Shown in pieces: positions 28,663 through 38,839 of a stretch of DNA of 64,000 nt. Source of the DNA: Thermomicrobiaceae bacterium (GTDB taxonomy: Bacteria > Chloroflexota > Chloroflexia > Thermomicrobiales > Thermomicrobiaceae); NCBI GenBank assembly GCA_014874455.1, contig JADBJL010000026.1, forward strand, positions 96 through 64,095, in the 5' to 3' direction. Numbering within the stretch: the stretch's first letter is position 1; each line of letters begins with the position of its first letter. The position numbers and the translations under genes are program-made. The notes beneath the pieces were generated by a model. The model had not been told where the DNA came from. It made no database searches and saw nothing but the letters and a program-made list of their open reading frames with translations.

Positions 28663-29820
28663 ATGTTCTCGATCTCACTGACCCGTGACGATTGGTCGTT
28701 GCATCGTAAGGGCGCCATCGACCAGGCGCGCCACATGCAAAAGGTCAAGGAGGCGATCAAGCAGAACCTCGCCGACATCGTCAGCGAGCAGTCGATCATC
28801 ACCAGCGACGGGAAGAAGCTGGTGCGCGTCCCGATCCGGACGCTGGAGGAGTACCGGTTCCGCTTCGACCCGAACAGCTATCCCCAGGTGGGCCAGGGCG
28901 AGGGCGACTCGAAGGTCGGCGACGTGATCGGCCGGGTCGGCCCGGGCCAGGGGCCGGGTCAGGGAAAGCAAGCTGGCGATCAACCAGGCATCGACTATTA
29001 CGAGGCCGAGTTGACGGTCGAAGAGCTCGGCAAGCTCATCTTCGAAGACCTGGAGCTGCCGAACCTGGAAGAGAAGCGACTGCGCGAGCTGGAGTCGGAG
29101 GCAGTCCGCTTCACCGATATCCGCAAGCACGGCCCCTTCGCCAACCTGGACAAGAAGCGCACGATCCGGGAGAACATCAAGCGCAACGCCAAGCGGGGTA
29201 CCCCGCGCTTCGGCGGGATCAAGAATGACGACCTTCGCTTCAAGACCTGGGATCGCGACGTCAAGCGCGAGTCGAACGCCGTCGTGATCGCGATGATGGA
29301 CGTCTCCGGATCGATGGGCACCTTCGAGAAGTACATTAGCCGGGCGTTCTACTACTGGATGGTGCGCTTCCTGCGCACCCGCTACGACCATGTCGAGATC
29401 CGCTTCATCGCCCACCATACGGAAGCGAAGGAGGTCACGGAAGAGGAGTTCTTCACCCGCGGCGAGAGCGGCGGTACCCGCGCCAGCTCGGCCTACCAGC
29501 TCGCGCTCCAGATGATCGAGGAGCGCTTCGACCCAGCATCGTGGAACATCTACCCGTTCCACTTCTCCGATGGCGACAACTGGCCATCCGACAACGACCT
29601 CTGCCGCCGTTTGGCGGAGCAGTTGATCGATCGGTGCAACCAGTTCGGCTACGGCGAGATCCGGCAGGGTCGCTACGCCTACCAGAGCACGCTGATGCAC
29701 ACGCTGGAGCGTATCCACAGCCCCAAACTGGTGACCGTCACGATCAGCGACAAGGCTGACGTCTACCCCGCGCTCCGCCGGTTCTTCGGCCCCGAAGCTA
29801 GGGAGGTCGCGCGTGCCTGA
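28663..29820 (+). CDS. yeaH: YeaH/YhbH family protein (DUF444, vWA-like)
   Basis: MFSISLTRDDWSLHRKG...LVRVPIRTLEEYRFRF and MMDVSGSM (vWA MIDAS-like). Located directly after prkA. Confidence 0.9.
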   Translation: MFSISLTRDDWSLHRKGAIDQARHMQKVKEAIKQNLADIVSEQSIITSDGKKLVRVPIRTLEEYRFRFDPNSYPQVGQGEGDSKVGDVIGRVGPGQGPGQGKQAGDQPGIDYYEAELTVEELGKLIFEDLELPNLEEKRLRELESEAVRFTDIRKHGPFANLDKKRTIRENIKRNAKRGTPRFGGIKNDDLRFKTWDRDVKRESNAVVIAMMDVSGSMGTFEKYISRAFYYWMVRFLRTRYDHVEIRFIAHHTEAKEVTEEEFFTRGESGGTRASSAYQLALQMIEERFDPASWNIYPFHFSDGDNWPSDNDLCRRLAEQLIDRCNQFGYGEIRQGRYAYQSTLMHTLERIHSPKLVTVTISDKADVYPALRRFFGPEAREVARA

Positions 29821-31183
29821 GATGACGCCTGCTCAACTGACCCTGCTCGAAGCGCGGATCGCCGAGGTCTGGGAGATCGGCTCCCGTCTCGGCCTGCGGC
29901 CCTTCCCGACCCACTTCGAGATCGTCCCGGCGACCGTCATGTACGAGATCGGCTCCTACGGGATGCCGGGTCGCTTCTCGCACTGGACGCACGGCAAGGC
30001 CTATCAGGTGCAGAAGACGCTCTACGACTACGGCCTGAGCAAGATCTACGAGCTGGTGATCAACACCAACCCGTGCCACGCCTTCCTGCTGGACACCAAC
30101 ACCGTGCTCCAGAACACGCTCGTGGCGGCTCACGTGATGGCGCACAGCGACTTCTTTGCCAACAACGCCTACTTCGCACGCACCTCCCGCCGGATGCTCG
30201 ACACCGTCTCGCTCAATGCCGAGCGGATCGAGCGGTACGAATTCGAGCACGGCGAGGCCGAGGTCGAGCGGCTGCTCGACGCCGTCCTCTCCATCCAGGA
30301 ACACGTCGATCTCTATGCCACCGAAGACGAGGGACAACCGACAGAGGTGCCGCCTGCCCGGCAGCCAGGGCCCTACGACGACCTCTGGCGGCACGATCGA
30401 CGAGCGCAGCCTGATGATGCCACGAAGCCACCCCAGCGGCGCAGCCGGCGCCGGCCCGCCGAGCCGGTGCGCGATCTCCTCGCCTTCATCCGCGACCACT
30501 CGCCCGTCCTCGACGACTGGGAGCGCGATGTGGTCTCGATCGTGCGGACCGAGATGCAGTACTTCATCCCACAGATCCAGACCAAGGTGCTCAACGAGGG
30601 GTGGGCGTCTTACTGGCACGCCCGCATCATGCGCGAGCTGGATCTCTCGACCGACGAGCATGTCGAGTTCGCTCGGCTGCACGCGGCGATCCTGCAACCG
30701 TCCCCGCGTCGGCTCAACCCGTATCACCTGGGCTACCGGATCCTGCTCGATATCGAGCGGCGCTATGGCGAGAGTCGCCTCTTCGAAGTGCGGGAGGTGG
30801 AGAACGATATCTCGCTTATTCGCAATTACCTGACTCGGGAGTTGGTCGACGAGCTCGACCTCTACCTCTACGAGCGCCAGGGGGACGAGCTGGTCATCGT
30901 GGACAAGGACTGGCAGGCGGTGCGCGAGCGGCTCATCGGCGAGCTGGGTGGCAACCAGACGCCGGTGATTCTGGTCGAAGATGGCGACTACGAGGGGAAC
31001 CTGGAACTGTACCTGCGCCACTCGTGGGACGGACGAAAGCTCGACCTCGACTGGGCCGAGAAGACGATGGAGCACATCTACCGGCTCTGGGGCCGTCGCG
31101 TGTGGCTCGAGACAAAGGCGGACGACCAGTCCCGCTTGATTCTGAGCTACCACCCACGCGAGGGACATAAGCAACACCGCTGA
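29813..31183 (+). CDS. spoVR: SpoVR/YcgB family protein
   Basis: FEIVPATVMYEIGSYGMPGRFSHWTHGKAY and NEGWASYWH motifs. GTG overlaps the yeaH stop. Confidence 0.9.
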   Translation: MPEMTPAQLTLLEARIAEVWEIGSRLGLRPFPTHFEIVPATVMYEIGSYGMPGRFSHWTHGKAYQVQKTLYDYGLSKIYELVINTNPCHAFLLDTNTVLQNTLVAAHVMAHSDFFANNAYFARTSRRMLDTVSLNAERIERYEFEHGEAEVERLLDAVLSIQEHVDLYATEDEGQPTEVPPARQPGPYDDLWRHDRRAQPDDATKPPQRRSRRRPAEPVRDLLAFIRDHSPVLDDWERDVVSIVRTEMQYFIPQIQTKVLNEGWASYWHARIMRELDLSTDEHVEFARLHAAILQPSPRRLNPYHLGYRILLDIERRYGESRLFEVREVENDISLIRNYLTRELVDELDLYLYERQGDELVIVDKDWQAVRERLIGELGGNQTPVILVEDGDYEGNLELYLRHSWDGRKLDLDWAEKTMEHIYRLWGRRVWLETKADDQSRLILSYHPREGHKQHR

Positions 31184-31229
31184 GAGTAAGGGCGTTGTCC
31201 TGGCGACTTTCACCGGGCAGCGCCCCGCC

Positions 31230-31973
31230 TCAGCCGGCTGGCCCCCAGAGGAAGAGAGCCACGATCGTGCCGCCGCACAGGTACGCCCCGTAGGGGATGT
31301 AGTCCATCCGGCTCTTCCGCCGCAGCGCAACCAGCACGATGCCGATCACCGCGGCCGTGGCCATGCCCAGGAAGAGCGCCGGCACGACGCTTCGTACGCC
31401 GGTCATTGTCCCGATCAGCCCGGCTAGCAGGATATCGCCAGCCCCCAGCGCCGCCCGGCGGTAGAGCACGACTCCCAGCAGGAAGAAGAGCCCGAAGACC
31501 GCGGCAGCTCCGATTCCGGCCAACGTCGCAGAGAGCAGCGTCGCGGGCGACTCCAACGCCGCGAGCAGGAGCGCGAGCACGACGCCGGGCACGATCGTGA
31601 CCGTGAAGATCAGGTGGTGCTCCCAGTCGATGCGCAAGACCAGGAGCAACAAGAGGCTGAACAGCACGACAACGACCGCGTCACGCGACGGCCCGTAGCG
31701 CAGCAGCGCCAGCACGCCCAGCAACGCTCCCGTGAGCTGCGTCGCCAGCGCCGCGCGGCGTTCGGAGGGGGCGCAACGAAGACAGGCGCCAGGAAGGATC
31801 AGCCAGGCATAGCCACGAGCGGTCTCGCCCGGGCAGGAGGCGCAGACCGGTGGGCCGAGGGCCGCCTGCCCGGCCGGCAGCCGCGTCGCGAGCGCGTGCA
31901 CCAGCCCTCCGGCCAGATAGCCTGTTATCGCTGCGGCGACCACCAGGGTGAGGAGCACAGCATCGACCGGCAC
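31230..31973 (-). CDS. Type IV prepilin peptidase (A24 family)
   Basis: N-terminal Cys pairs (CASCP...CLRC), multiple TM helices, and a GAGDILLAGLIG catalytic Asp motif. Confidence 0.85.
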   Translation of the reverse strand: MPVDAVLLTLVVAAAITGYLAGGLVHALATRLPAGQAALGPPVCASCPGETARGYAWLILPGACLRCAPSERRAALATQLTGALLGVLALLRYGPSRDAVVVVLFSLLLLLVLRIDWEHHLIFTVTIVPGVVLALLLAALESPATLLSATLAGIGAAAVFGLFFLLGVVLYRRAALGAGDILLAGLIGTMTGVRSVVPALFLGMATAAVIGIVLVALRRKSRMDYIPYGAYLCGGTIVALFLWGPAG

Positions 31974-32051
31974 CGTGCACTCTCCGTCCTCTCGAACTGT
32001 CCTGTGGATCGATTCTCTGGCCGAGGTCGCACGGCGTGGATAGCCCGAAGG

Positions 32052-32903
32052 TCACGATCGCCGGCTGGCCTGCTCGTGCGCCTGGCGGGCAGCGAGCGCC
32101 GCTCGCCACATCACCTCCAGCGGTGGCTCCTGGCTCGTCCAGAGCCGGAACGATTCTGCTCCCTGGTAGACCAGCATGCCGAGGCCATCGATCGTGGCCA
32201 GGCCACGGCGCCGCGCCACCTGGAGGAGTGGCGTGTCGCGGTAGGTGAGGTCGTAGACGAGCGCGGTCGCCGGGAGCGCATCCAGCAGCGCGGCGTCGAT
32301 CGGCAGTGATGCCCCATCCCAGCCGACGCTGGTGGCGTTGACGAGCAGGTCAGCCCGCCGGAGACATGGTTCCAGCCGCTGGTCGAGCGGAGCGGCGACC
32401 ACCCCGAACTCCACCGCCAGCTCGTGGGCACGCTCGGCCGTCCGGTTCGCGACCGTCACCTGGCGGCAGCCAGCTTCAGCCAGCGCGACCAGGATCCCAC
32501 GCGCCGCGCCGCCAGCCCCCAGCACGACGACGGCCAGCTCGCCTAGCGGCAGGCCGCGTTCGCGCAGCGGGGCCAGAAAGCCCGGCACGTCGGTGTTGTC
32601 TCCATACAGCACGCCGCCTCGGTTGACAACGGTGTTCACGGCACCGGCCCGGCGGGCACGCTCGGTGACCTGGTCTACCCGGGTGAACACGGCAGCCTTG
32701 TGTGGCACCGTCACATTTGCCCCCAGTACCTCTGGACCCCGCAGCCAGCGGACGCGCTCGTCCAGCACTTCCGCTGGCGTCGGCCACAGCTCGTAGCGGG
32801 CGGGGATTCCGAGCGCGTCGAAGGCAGCCTGCTGGAAAACAGGCGACAGGCTATGGTCGACAGGGTAGCCGATCAAACCAACAGAAAGCTGCGAGCGGGC
32901 CAT
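32052..32903 (-). CDS. aroE: Shikimate dehydrogenase
   Basis: GLIGYPVDHSLSP, NVTVPHK, NTD, and the VVLGAGGAARG Rossmann motif. Confidence 0.9.
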   Translation of the reverse strand: MARSQLSVGLIGYPVDHSLSPVFQQAAFDALGIPARYELWPTPAEVLDERVRWLRGPEVLGANVTVPHKAAVFTRVDQVTERARRAGAVNTVVNRGGVLYGDNTDVPGFLAPLRERGLPLGELAVVVLGAGGAARGILVALAEAGCRQVTVANRTAERAHELAVEFGVVAAPLDQRLEPCLRRADLLVNATSVGWDGASLPIDAALLDALPATALVYDLTYRDTPLLQVARRRGLATIDGLGMLVYQGAESFRLWTSQEPPLEVMWRAALAARQAHEQASRRS

Positions 32904-32908
32904 CGGGC

Positions 32909-33955
32909 CTATCCCCCGTGCTGCTCATTGATGTTCCGCAGGTGCTCTTCGTAGGTGGCGGCGAAGACGTGCCTGCCGCTTCCATCCCCCTTCACCACGA
33001 AGTAGAGGTAGTTCGTCTCGGCCGGTTCGAGCGCGGCCTCGATCGAGGCCAGGCTCGGGTTACAGATCGGCCCGGGGGGTACTCCGGGGTGCTGATAGGT
33101 GTTGTACAGGCCCGGCTGAAGGAGGTCGTCCGGCGTGAGCGAAGGCCACCACCTTCCCGGCTGGCCCAGCATGTACTGCACTGTCGGGTCAGCCTGCAGC
33201 GGCATGTTCTGGCCCAGCCGGTTGTAGAAGACCGAGGCGATGATGGGCCGCTCCTCCGGGATGGCCGCCTCCCGCTCAACGATGGATGCGATCGTGAGCA
33301 CCTGGTGGAAGTTCAGACCGCGCTCGGCGGCCCGGGCCCGCAGCTCGGGCGATACCCGGCGGCCAAAGTTGTCGAGCATCGTACGGATAATCTCCTTGGG
33401 CGTCGCATCGGCCCGGAACTCGTACGTATCGGGGAAGAGGTATCCTTCCAGGCTAGCACCGGGTGGGAGGTCGCGGAGGAAATCGTACGTCGTCCGCCAC
33501 GCTTCCCCCTGTGCGGCGTCGATGAACTCCTTCGGCGAAGAGATGAGGCCGGCCTGGACGAGCTGCTCGGCATACTCTTCGAGGCGCCAGCCCTCCTGGA
33601 AGCGTACCTTGACGACTTCGATCGGTTCGGAGGACGTGAGCGTTTGAATGATCTGATTGACCGACATCCCGGTGTACAGCACGAAGCGGCCGGCCTGGAT
33701 CCGGGTGTCGGCATTGCTCAGCCGCATGCGCAGCTTAAAGTACGTCGTCGAGCGGATGAGCCCCTGCTCGCGCAGGCGTGCGGCGATACTGTCGACCGAC
33801 TCGTCCGGCTCGACGACAAAGACGACCGGCTGCCCGACGTCCGCATTCGCGGCTGCCAGGTAGCGGGCCAGCGTCCGCTGGGTCGTCACGACGACCACGG
33901 CCGCCAGGACGAGGATGGCGGCGATCTTGAGGGACTGCACCATCAACTTGAGCAA
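32909..33955 (-). CDS. mltG: Endolytic murein transglycosylase MltG (YceG-like)
   Basis: N-terminal TM helix, LTIASIVEREA catalytic Glu motif, YNTY...GLPPGPICNP. Confidence 0.9.
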   Translation of the reverse strand: MLKLMVQSLKIAAILVLAAVVVVTTQRTLARYLAAANADVGQPVVFVVEPDESVDSIAARLREQGLIRSTTYFKLRMRLSNADTRIQAGRFVLYTGMSVNQIIQTLTSSEPIEVVKVRFQEGWRLEEYAEQLVQAGLISSPKEFIDAAQGEAWRTTYDFLRDLPPGASLEGYLFPDTYEFRADATPKEIIRTMLDNFGRRVSPELRARAAERGLNFHQVLTIASIVEREAAIPEERPIIASVFYNRLGQNMPLQADPTVQYMLGQPGRWWPSLTPDDLLQPGLYNTYQHPGVPPGPICNPSLASIEAALEPAETNYLYFVVKGDGSGRHVFAATYEEHLRNINEQHGG

Positions 33956-34021
33956 GCTGGATCCCTCCGGGGTTCACCGGTCAGGCAGAAGCACGGTCGA
34001 GCCGCCGAGAGTCTACCAACC

Positions 34022-35023
34022 GCGCAGAAGCGCGGCAAGCCGCCGGTCATCGCCCTCGTCGGTCCGACCGCCGTCGGCAAGACGGCGACCGCCATCCGCT
34101 TGGCCCGCGACCTCGGTGGGGAAGTCGTCTCAGCCGACTCGCGCTACCTGTACCGCGGTATGGATATCGGCACGGACAAGCCAACACCAGCGGAGCGGGC
34201 CGCTGTACCTCACCATCTCATCGACATCCTCGACCCGCGGGACGACTACTCGCTGGCGCTCTACCAGCGGGATGCCTACCAGGCGATCGCCGCAGTCCAT
34301 GCCCGCGGGCGGGTGCCGATCCTGGCCGGTGGCACGCCGCTCTACATCCGCGCGGTGCTCGAAGGTTGGCGCATTCCCCCGGCACCGCCCGATCCGGAGT
34401 TCCGCGCCCGTCTCGAGCTACGGGCGCGGGTGGAGGGGCCGCAGAGCCTCCACCGCGAGCTGGCGCTGGTCGATCCAGCGGCTGCGGCTCGCATTCCGCC
34501 GGAAAACGTTCGCCGCGTCATCCGCGCGCTCGAGATCTATGCCCAGACTGGCAGGCCGATGACCGAGCTCGAAGGTCGCACGCCGCCGCCCTGGCGCGTG
34601 CTCATCCTCGGGCTCACGCTTCCGCGGGATGAGCTGTACCGGCGGATCGACGAGCGCGTCGAGCGCCAGATCGAGCGCGGGCTGGTCGAGGAGGTGCGGC
34701 GCCTGCTTGAGGCTGGGGTACCCCCCGATGCACCAGCGCTCACCGCGCTCGGTTACCGCCAGATCGTGGCCTACCTCCGCGGCGAGTGCAGCCTCGCTGA
34801 GGCGATCGAGCGGATCAAGTACGAGACGCACCGGTACGCCCGTCACCAGATGACCTGGCTGCGGCGCCTTCCGGCAGTCCAGTGGTTCGACCCACGAGCA
34901 CCGGGATGGTACGAGCGCATGCTGGCGCTCGCACAGGAATTCCTGCTCGATGAAACCGGTACCCTGCCACCTGACGTAGATTGTGGCAAATGGCAAGAGC
35001 CCGCACGTGAGGAGGGGCAATAG
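34022..35023 (+). CDS. miaA: tRNA dimethylallyltransferase (5' boundary approximate: no canonical start found)
   Basis: P-loop ALVGPTAVGKT, SADSRYLYRGMDIGTDKPT, VPHHLIDI, ILAGGTPLYI. This is the C-terminal third of track ORF 32702..35023, whose first about 430 codons are antisense to mltG/aroE. Confidence 0.85.
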   Translation, partial: AQKRGKPPVIALVGPTAVGKTATAIRLARDLGGEVVSADSRYLYRGMDIGTDKPTPAERAAVPHHLIDILDPRDDYSLALYQRDAYQAIAAVHARGRVPILAGGTPLYIRAVLEGWRIPPAPPDPEFRARLELRARVEGPQSLHRELALVDPAAAARIPPENVRRVIRALEIYAQTGRPMTELEGRTPPPWRVLILGLTLPRDELYRRIDERVERQIERGLVEEVRRLLEAGVPPDAPALTALGYRQIVAYLRGECSLAEAIERIKYETHRYARHQMTWLRRLPAVQWFDPRAPGWYERMLALAQEFLLDETGTLPPDVDCGKWQEPAREEGQ

Positions 35024-35104
35024 GGCGGCGTTCACCCGCCGCCCTATTGCCGTTTTCAGGCTCGGACGAGCTGCGAAAGGCGTGGCACAGCACCTCGGCA
35101 GCGA

Positions 35105-35953
35105 TCATATCCGCATCGCACGGCCTTCTGCGGCCGCGGCCCAGAGCGCTCTCAACGTCTCGAGGCCGCGCAACTCCTGCGGTGGATCAGGCCGTTCGAG
35201 ACGCGCCAGCGCGGCTTCGAGGTACCCCTCTCCCGGCTCAGGCATCCACGGCACGGCCTGCGTCATCCCGCCACGACCGATGCTGACGACCGCCTGGCGC
35301 GTCGGCTCGGCGCGGATCACCGCATCGGAGCCGGTCGCCTCCACCAGCAGCCGCTCAGGCTCCGGGCCACCCGCCGGGAGCGCAGCGGCGACCTCCAGCG
35401 TCACCAGCGTCTCGTCCTCGAGCCGCAGGATCGCATGCCAGGTGTCCGCCTCCTGCGTCCAGAGCGCCGAGCGGCGAGCGTAGACCTCGACCGGCCGGCT
35501 CTCGAGCGCCTCCAGCGCATAGTGGAGCAGATCGGCGAAGGCATCGTCGACGGGCGTCGGCGCGTTCCTGGCGAAGTGATACGCCGCGAACAGCCCGTAG
35601 CGGCGGCCGAGCTCACCCCGGTGCACCCGTTCGGCCAGCTCGCGAAGCGGGGCGTAGCCGAGCAGCGGGCTCACCTGCACGACCAGCCCGCTGGCCAGAG
35701 CCTCGTGCCCGCGCTCATCCGTGGCCGGAAGCGGCGGCACGGCCAGCCGGCATCCCGTCTCCAGCGCCATCGCGGCGACGGAGACGCGCTCGTACCCGTA
35801 CAGACCAGCACAGACCACCACGTCTGCTCCCGGGGGCAGCGCGCCCGGCTCGACCTGCCCCACGAGCCGCAGGCCAGGCTGCTCCCGCACGGCGCGGGCC
35901 AGGCTCGCCAGGGCGGTACCCCGGCCGATGAGGCCGATTGCTCTGCCGTTCAT
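35105..35953 (-). CDS. Gfo/Idh/MocA-like protein (divergent)
   Basis: MNGRAIGLIGRGT N-terminus. ATG 35953 follows GGAAGGAG inside the end of the upstream gene, suggesting operon coupling. Confidence 0.55.
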   Translation of the reverse strand: MNGRAIGLIGRGTALASLARAVREQPGLRLVGQVEPGALPPGADVVVCAGLYGYERVSVAAMALETGCRLAVPPLPATDERGHEALASGLVVQVSPLLGYAPLRELAERVHRGELGRRYGLFAAYHFARNAPTPVDDAFADLLHYALEALESRPVEVYARRSALWTQEADTWHAILRLEDETLVTLEVAAALPAGGPEPERLLVEATGSDAVIRAEPTRQAVVSIGRGGMTQAVPWMPEPGEGYLEAALARLERPDPPQELRGLETLRALWAAAAEGRAMRI

Positions 35954-35955
35954 CT

Positions 35956-37035
35956 TCAGGCTCCTTCCCCTTGGGCCTCGAGCGATGCCAGCAGTACCGG
36001 CTGGCCGAGCTGGCTCGAGCGTACCGCCGCGATCGAGAGCGCCAGCGCCTGGCGCGCGTCCCACGGGTCGAGCGGTGGGTCGCGATCTTCGCGGACGCAG
36101 CGGACGAACGCGGCGATCTCGTCGCGGTAGGCGTCGTCGACGTGCAACAAGTGGCCGAAGTTGAGCGGGTAGGCCATACCGTCCGGCCGCCAGACCTCGA
36201 GGGGAGACATCGGCGGATCGGCGGCCCGGATCAGGCCCTCAGTACCTACCACCTCGAGCATGTGGTAGTAGGGATAATCAGCGGGGAGCTGGTTGACGAT
36301 CTCGGCTACGGCGAGCGCGCCTCCAGCGAAGGTGATCACGTAGGTGAGGAAATCGGGCACCTCGCCTGCGGGGTCGGTGATCCGGGCCGCTGCGTAGATC
36401 GAGACCGCTTCCTGGCCCGTGAACCAGCGGGCAAGATCGGTCTCGTGTACCGCGTTCGTGAGGGCAGCGCCCTGCGAGTAGGCTGACGAGGCAAGCCAGG
36501 GGCGGCCGCCCTCTGGCGTCCAGTGACCGACAGGCAGGTCGAGCCGGCCATACATCGCCCGCGGACGCCGCTCGTTTTCCCGCACCAGGCGTACTTCGCC
36601 CACGGCGCCTTCCCGGATCAGCCGGGCGACTTCCCGGTAGCGGCGGGTAAAGCGCCGGCTGTGGCCAATCATGAGCTTGACGCCGTTGCGCCGGGCGGCG
36701 GCGATCATCGCGTCGGCCTCCTCGAGTGTGGAGGCCATCGGCTTCTCGCAGAGCACGTGCTTGCCGGCTTCGGCAGCGGCTACTGCTTGCTCGCAGTGGA
36801 GGAATTCGGGCGTGCAGATATCGACCAGGTCGATGTCTGGCCGGGCAATCAGCTCGCGGTAATCGGTGTACCAGGCTTCGGCGCCGTAGCGGCGGGCAGC
36901 ATCGGCCGCCACCTCCGCCCGCACGTCGGCGACGGCCACCAGCTCGAGCTCGTCCGCCAGGCGCCGGATGGCCGGTAGATGGGCGCTCTGAGCGATGGTG
37001 CCGGTACCGATCAGTCCGACCCGCAGTCGTCGCAT
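35956..37035 (-). CDS. Gfo/Idh/MocA family oxidoreductase
   Basis: LRVGLIGTGTIAQSAHLPA Rossmann motif and the EKP motif (VLCEKPMA). ATG 37035 follows GAAGGGAGAG. Confidence 0.85.
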   Translation of the reverse strand: MRRLRVGLIGTGTIAQSAHLPAIRRLADELELVAVADVRAEVAADAARRYGAEAWYTDYRELIARPDIDLVDICTPEFLHCEQAVAAAEAGKHVLCEKPMASTLEEADAMIAAARRNGVKLMIGHSRRFTRRYREVARLIREGAVGEVRLVRENERRPRAMYGRLDLPVGHWTPEGGRPWLASSAYSQGAALTNAVHETDLARWFTGQEAVSIYAAARITDPAGEVPDFLTYVITFAGGALAVAEIVNQLPADYPYYHMLEVVGTEGLIRAADPPMSPLEVWRPDGMAYPLNFGHLLHVDDAYRDEIAAFVRCVREDRDPPLDPWDARQALALSIAAVRSSQLGQPVLLASLEAQGEGA

Positions 37036-37133
37036 CGCGCTCTCCCTTCGCCTCGCACGACCCGCGCCATCATAGCGCAGGCCCTTCAGCGTGACACGGC
37101 CGCGACCGAACACGCTCGCCCCATGCGAGGCCG

Positions 37134-38132
37134 TTGGTGTATCACAGTGCCATGAGCCGAACGATGACGCCCGATCCGCTCAACGCAATCACGTCGGAGC
37201 ACGTTGCGCAGGTGCGCGAGCGACTGCTGGCCTGGTACCAGACCAGTCACCGCGACCTGCCCTGGCGGCAGACCCGCGATCCGTACCGGATCCTCGTCTC
37301 CGAGATCATGCTCCAGCAGACACAGGCGGAGCGCGTCGTCCCAAAGTACCACCAGTTTCTGAGCCGCTTCCCGTCCGTCCACAGCCTGGCGGCGGCGACG
37401 CCCGGGGAGGTGATCCGAGCCTGGGCCGGACTGGGCTACAACCGCCGAGCGGTCAGCCTCCTGCGCGCTGCGCAGGTGATCGTCGAGCGCCACGGCGGGC
37501 AGCTACCGCGAGATCGATCCACGCTCGAGCGACTGCCAGGTGTCGGGCGCTACACGTCCGGAGCCGTCCTGTGTTTCGCTTTCGGCGAGGACGTCGGGTT
37601 CTGGGACACCAACATCGCGCGGGTGCTCCACCGCGTCTTCGTCGGGCCGGAGCTGCCAGCTCGTCGGCTGAGCCCGCGACAACTCGACGCGCTGGTCGAG
37701 CGCCTGGTTCCCCGCGGTCGAGGCTACGAGTGGAACCAGGCCCTCATCGAGCTCGGCGCCGTGCAGTGCACGGCCCGCCGGCCGGCCTGCCCGACCTGCC
37801 CCCTCCAGACGTGCTGCCGCGCCTTCCCCGAGATCCAGGCGCTGCTGGGTGCCCTTCCTCACGGTACGCGGCTGAAACGGGAGTCCTCCTTCACCGGCTC
37901 GACCCGGTACTATCGCGGCCGGCTGCTCGAATACCTGCGGCAGGCGCCCGACGGCGACGGGCTCGACCTGCTGGCACTCGGCCAGCGGCTCCGGCAGAAC
38001 TTCTCTCCTGAGCACCTCCCGTGGCTACGACAGCTCGTCGACGACCTGGCGCGGGACGGGCTGGTACTGGCCGAGGAACGACCAGGGTACGACGCGGCCG
38101 ACCCCCGGTCTGTGCGGGTGCGCCTCCCCTGA
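37134..38132 (+). CDS. mutY: A/G-specific adenine DNA glycosylase (MutY family; HhH-GPD plus 4Fe-4S)
   Basis: PWRQTRDPYRILVSEIMLQQTQ, GLGYNRRA, and the cluster CTARRPACPTCPLQTCC. Start ambiguous (GTG 37134 or ATG 37152). Confidence 0.85.
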   Translation: MVYHSAMSRTMTPDPLNAITSEHVAQVRERLLAWYQTSHRDLPWRQTRDPYRILVSEIMLQQTQAERVVPKYHQFLSRFPSVHSLAAATPGEVIRAWAGLGYNRRAVSLLRAAQVIVERHGGQLPRDRSTLERLPGVGRYTSGAVLCFAFGEDVGFWDTNIARVLHRVFVGPELPARRLSPRQLDALVERLVPRGRGYEWNQALIELGAVQCTARRPACPTCPLQTCCRAFPEIQALLGALPHGTRLKRESSFTGSTRYYRGRLLEYLRQAPDGDGLDLLALGQRLRQNFSPEHLPWLRQLVDDLARDGLVLAEERPGYDAADPRSVRVRLP

Positions 38133-38272
38133 GCGGCACGGCCGAGTTCGAACCCTGTCAGGGCGGCCACCTGCGGGGCGCGCACAGCACTCGCTACCTC
38201 ATCGGCAGGTTCCTACGCAAGACGCTTGCGGCTCCCTTCAGGAGCATGCAGAATCACTTGCGCATCTGGCAC

Positions 38273-38293
38273 ATTCTCTCTATGGTAGAGAAT
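38273..38293. promoter_or_regulatory. Inverted repeat ATTCTCT-N7-AGAGAAT upstream of the DinB-like gene
   Basis: Perfect 7-bp arms at 38273-38279 and 38287-38293, about 70 nt before ATG 38363. The spacer contains TATGGT. Confidence 0.3.
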
Positions 38294-38362
38294 CGACGAG
38301 CGGGTTGAGGGGCAGCGAGTCAGGGGTGGTTGCCGAGCGGCTGGGGCGAGAAGGAGGAGGGA

Positions 38363-38839
38363 ATGGCGGACCGTGACGTGATCGACGGCCTGATCGCAAC
38401 CTACCGGGAACTGAACCAGCGGTTCCGGCCCAAGTTGCTCACGCTCAACAGTGGCCAGGATCCGAGGACGAATCCGAACTCCGCCATCGGGATCCTCTAC
38501 CGGCTGCGTAACCGGGAACTCAACGCCTCGCAGGCGGTCAAGGAAATGTTGCTCAGCGGCGAGACGAGCATTACCGACGACGAGGCGGAGCCTCTGGTCA
38601 CCTTGCAGCAGACCGCGCTCGGCCTGACGGCCACCGTACTGCTCAGCCAGTTCGGCACCGCCCGCGAGGCCACGCTTGCGACGGTTCGCGATTTGCCCGA
38701 CGAGGTCTGGCAGCAGGTCTTCAATACCCCGCGGGGCCAGATGACGCTCCGCGAATACCTGCTCTCGCTGGTCGAACGCGACCGGGCACAGATCCAGCAG
38801 CTCGAGCAGTATCTGGCGCAGGCTAGCCCCAGCCAGTAG
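38363..38839 (+). CDS. Hypothetical protein, possibly DinB-like four-helix bundle
   Basis: ATG 38363 follows GAAGGAGGAGGG. The helical sequence and about 158-aa size are weakly reminiscent of the DinB superfamily. Weak call. Confidence 0.45.
   Translation: MADRDVIDGLIATYRELNQRFRPKLLTLNSGQDPRTNPNSAIGILYRLRNRELNASQAVKEMLLSGETSITDDEAEPLVTLQQTALGLTATVLLSQFGTAREATLATVRDLPDEVWQQVFNTPRGQMTLREYLLSLVERDRAQIQQLEQYLAQASPSQ

Noticed and set aside
29798-31330. 510-aa minus-strand ORF
   Set aside because: Antisense to spoVR and running into the prepilin peptidase region. No motifs.
32702-34000. N-terminal about 430 codons of the 773-aa + ORF ending as miaA
   Set aside because: This part is antisense to aroE and mltG and has no MiaA homology. 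Only the last third (from the P-loop) is real.
38140-38165. GAGTTCGAACCC, resembling a tRNA T-loop
   Set aside because: The flanking bases do not form a T-stem, acceptor stem or anticodon arm. No tRNA could be folded by eye.
38266-38285. TGGCAC-N5 resembling the -24 element of a sigma54 promoter
   Set aside because: The -12 element (TTGC) is absent at the required spacing; the sequence reads CTCTA.
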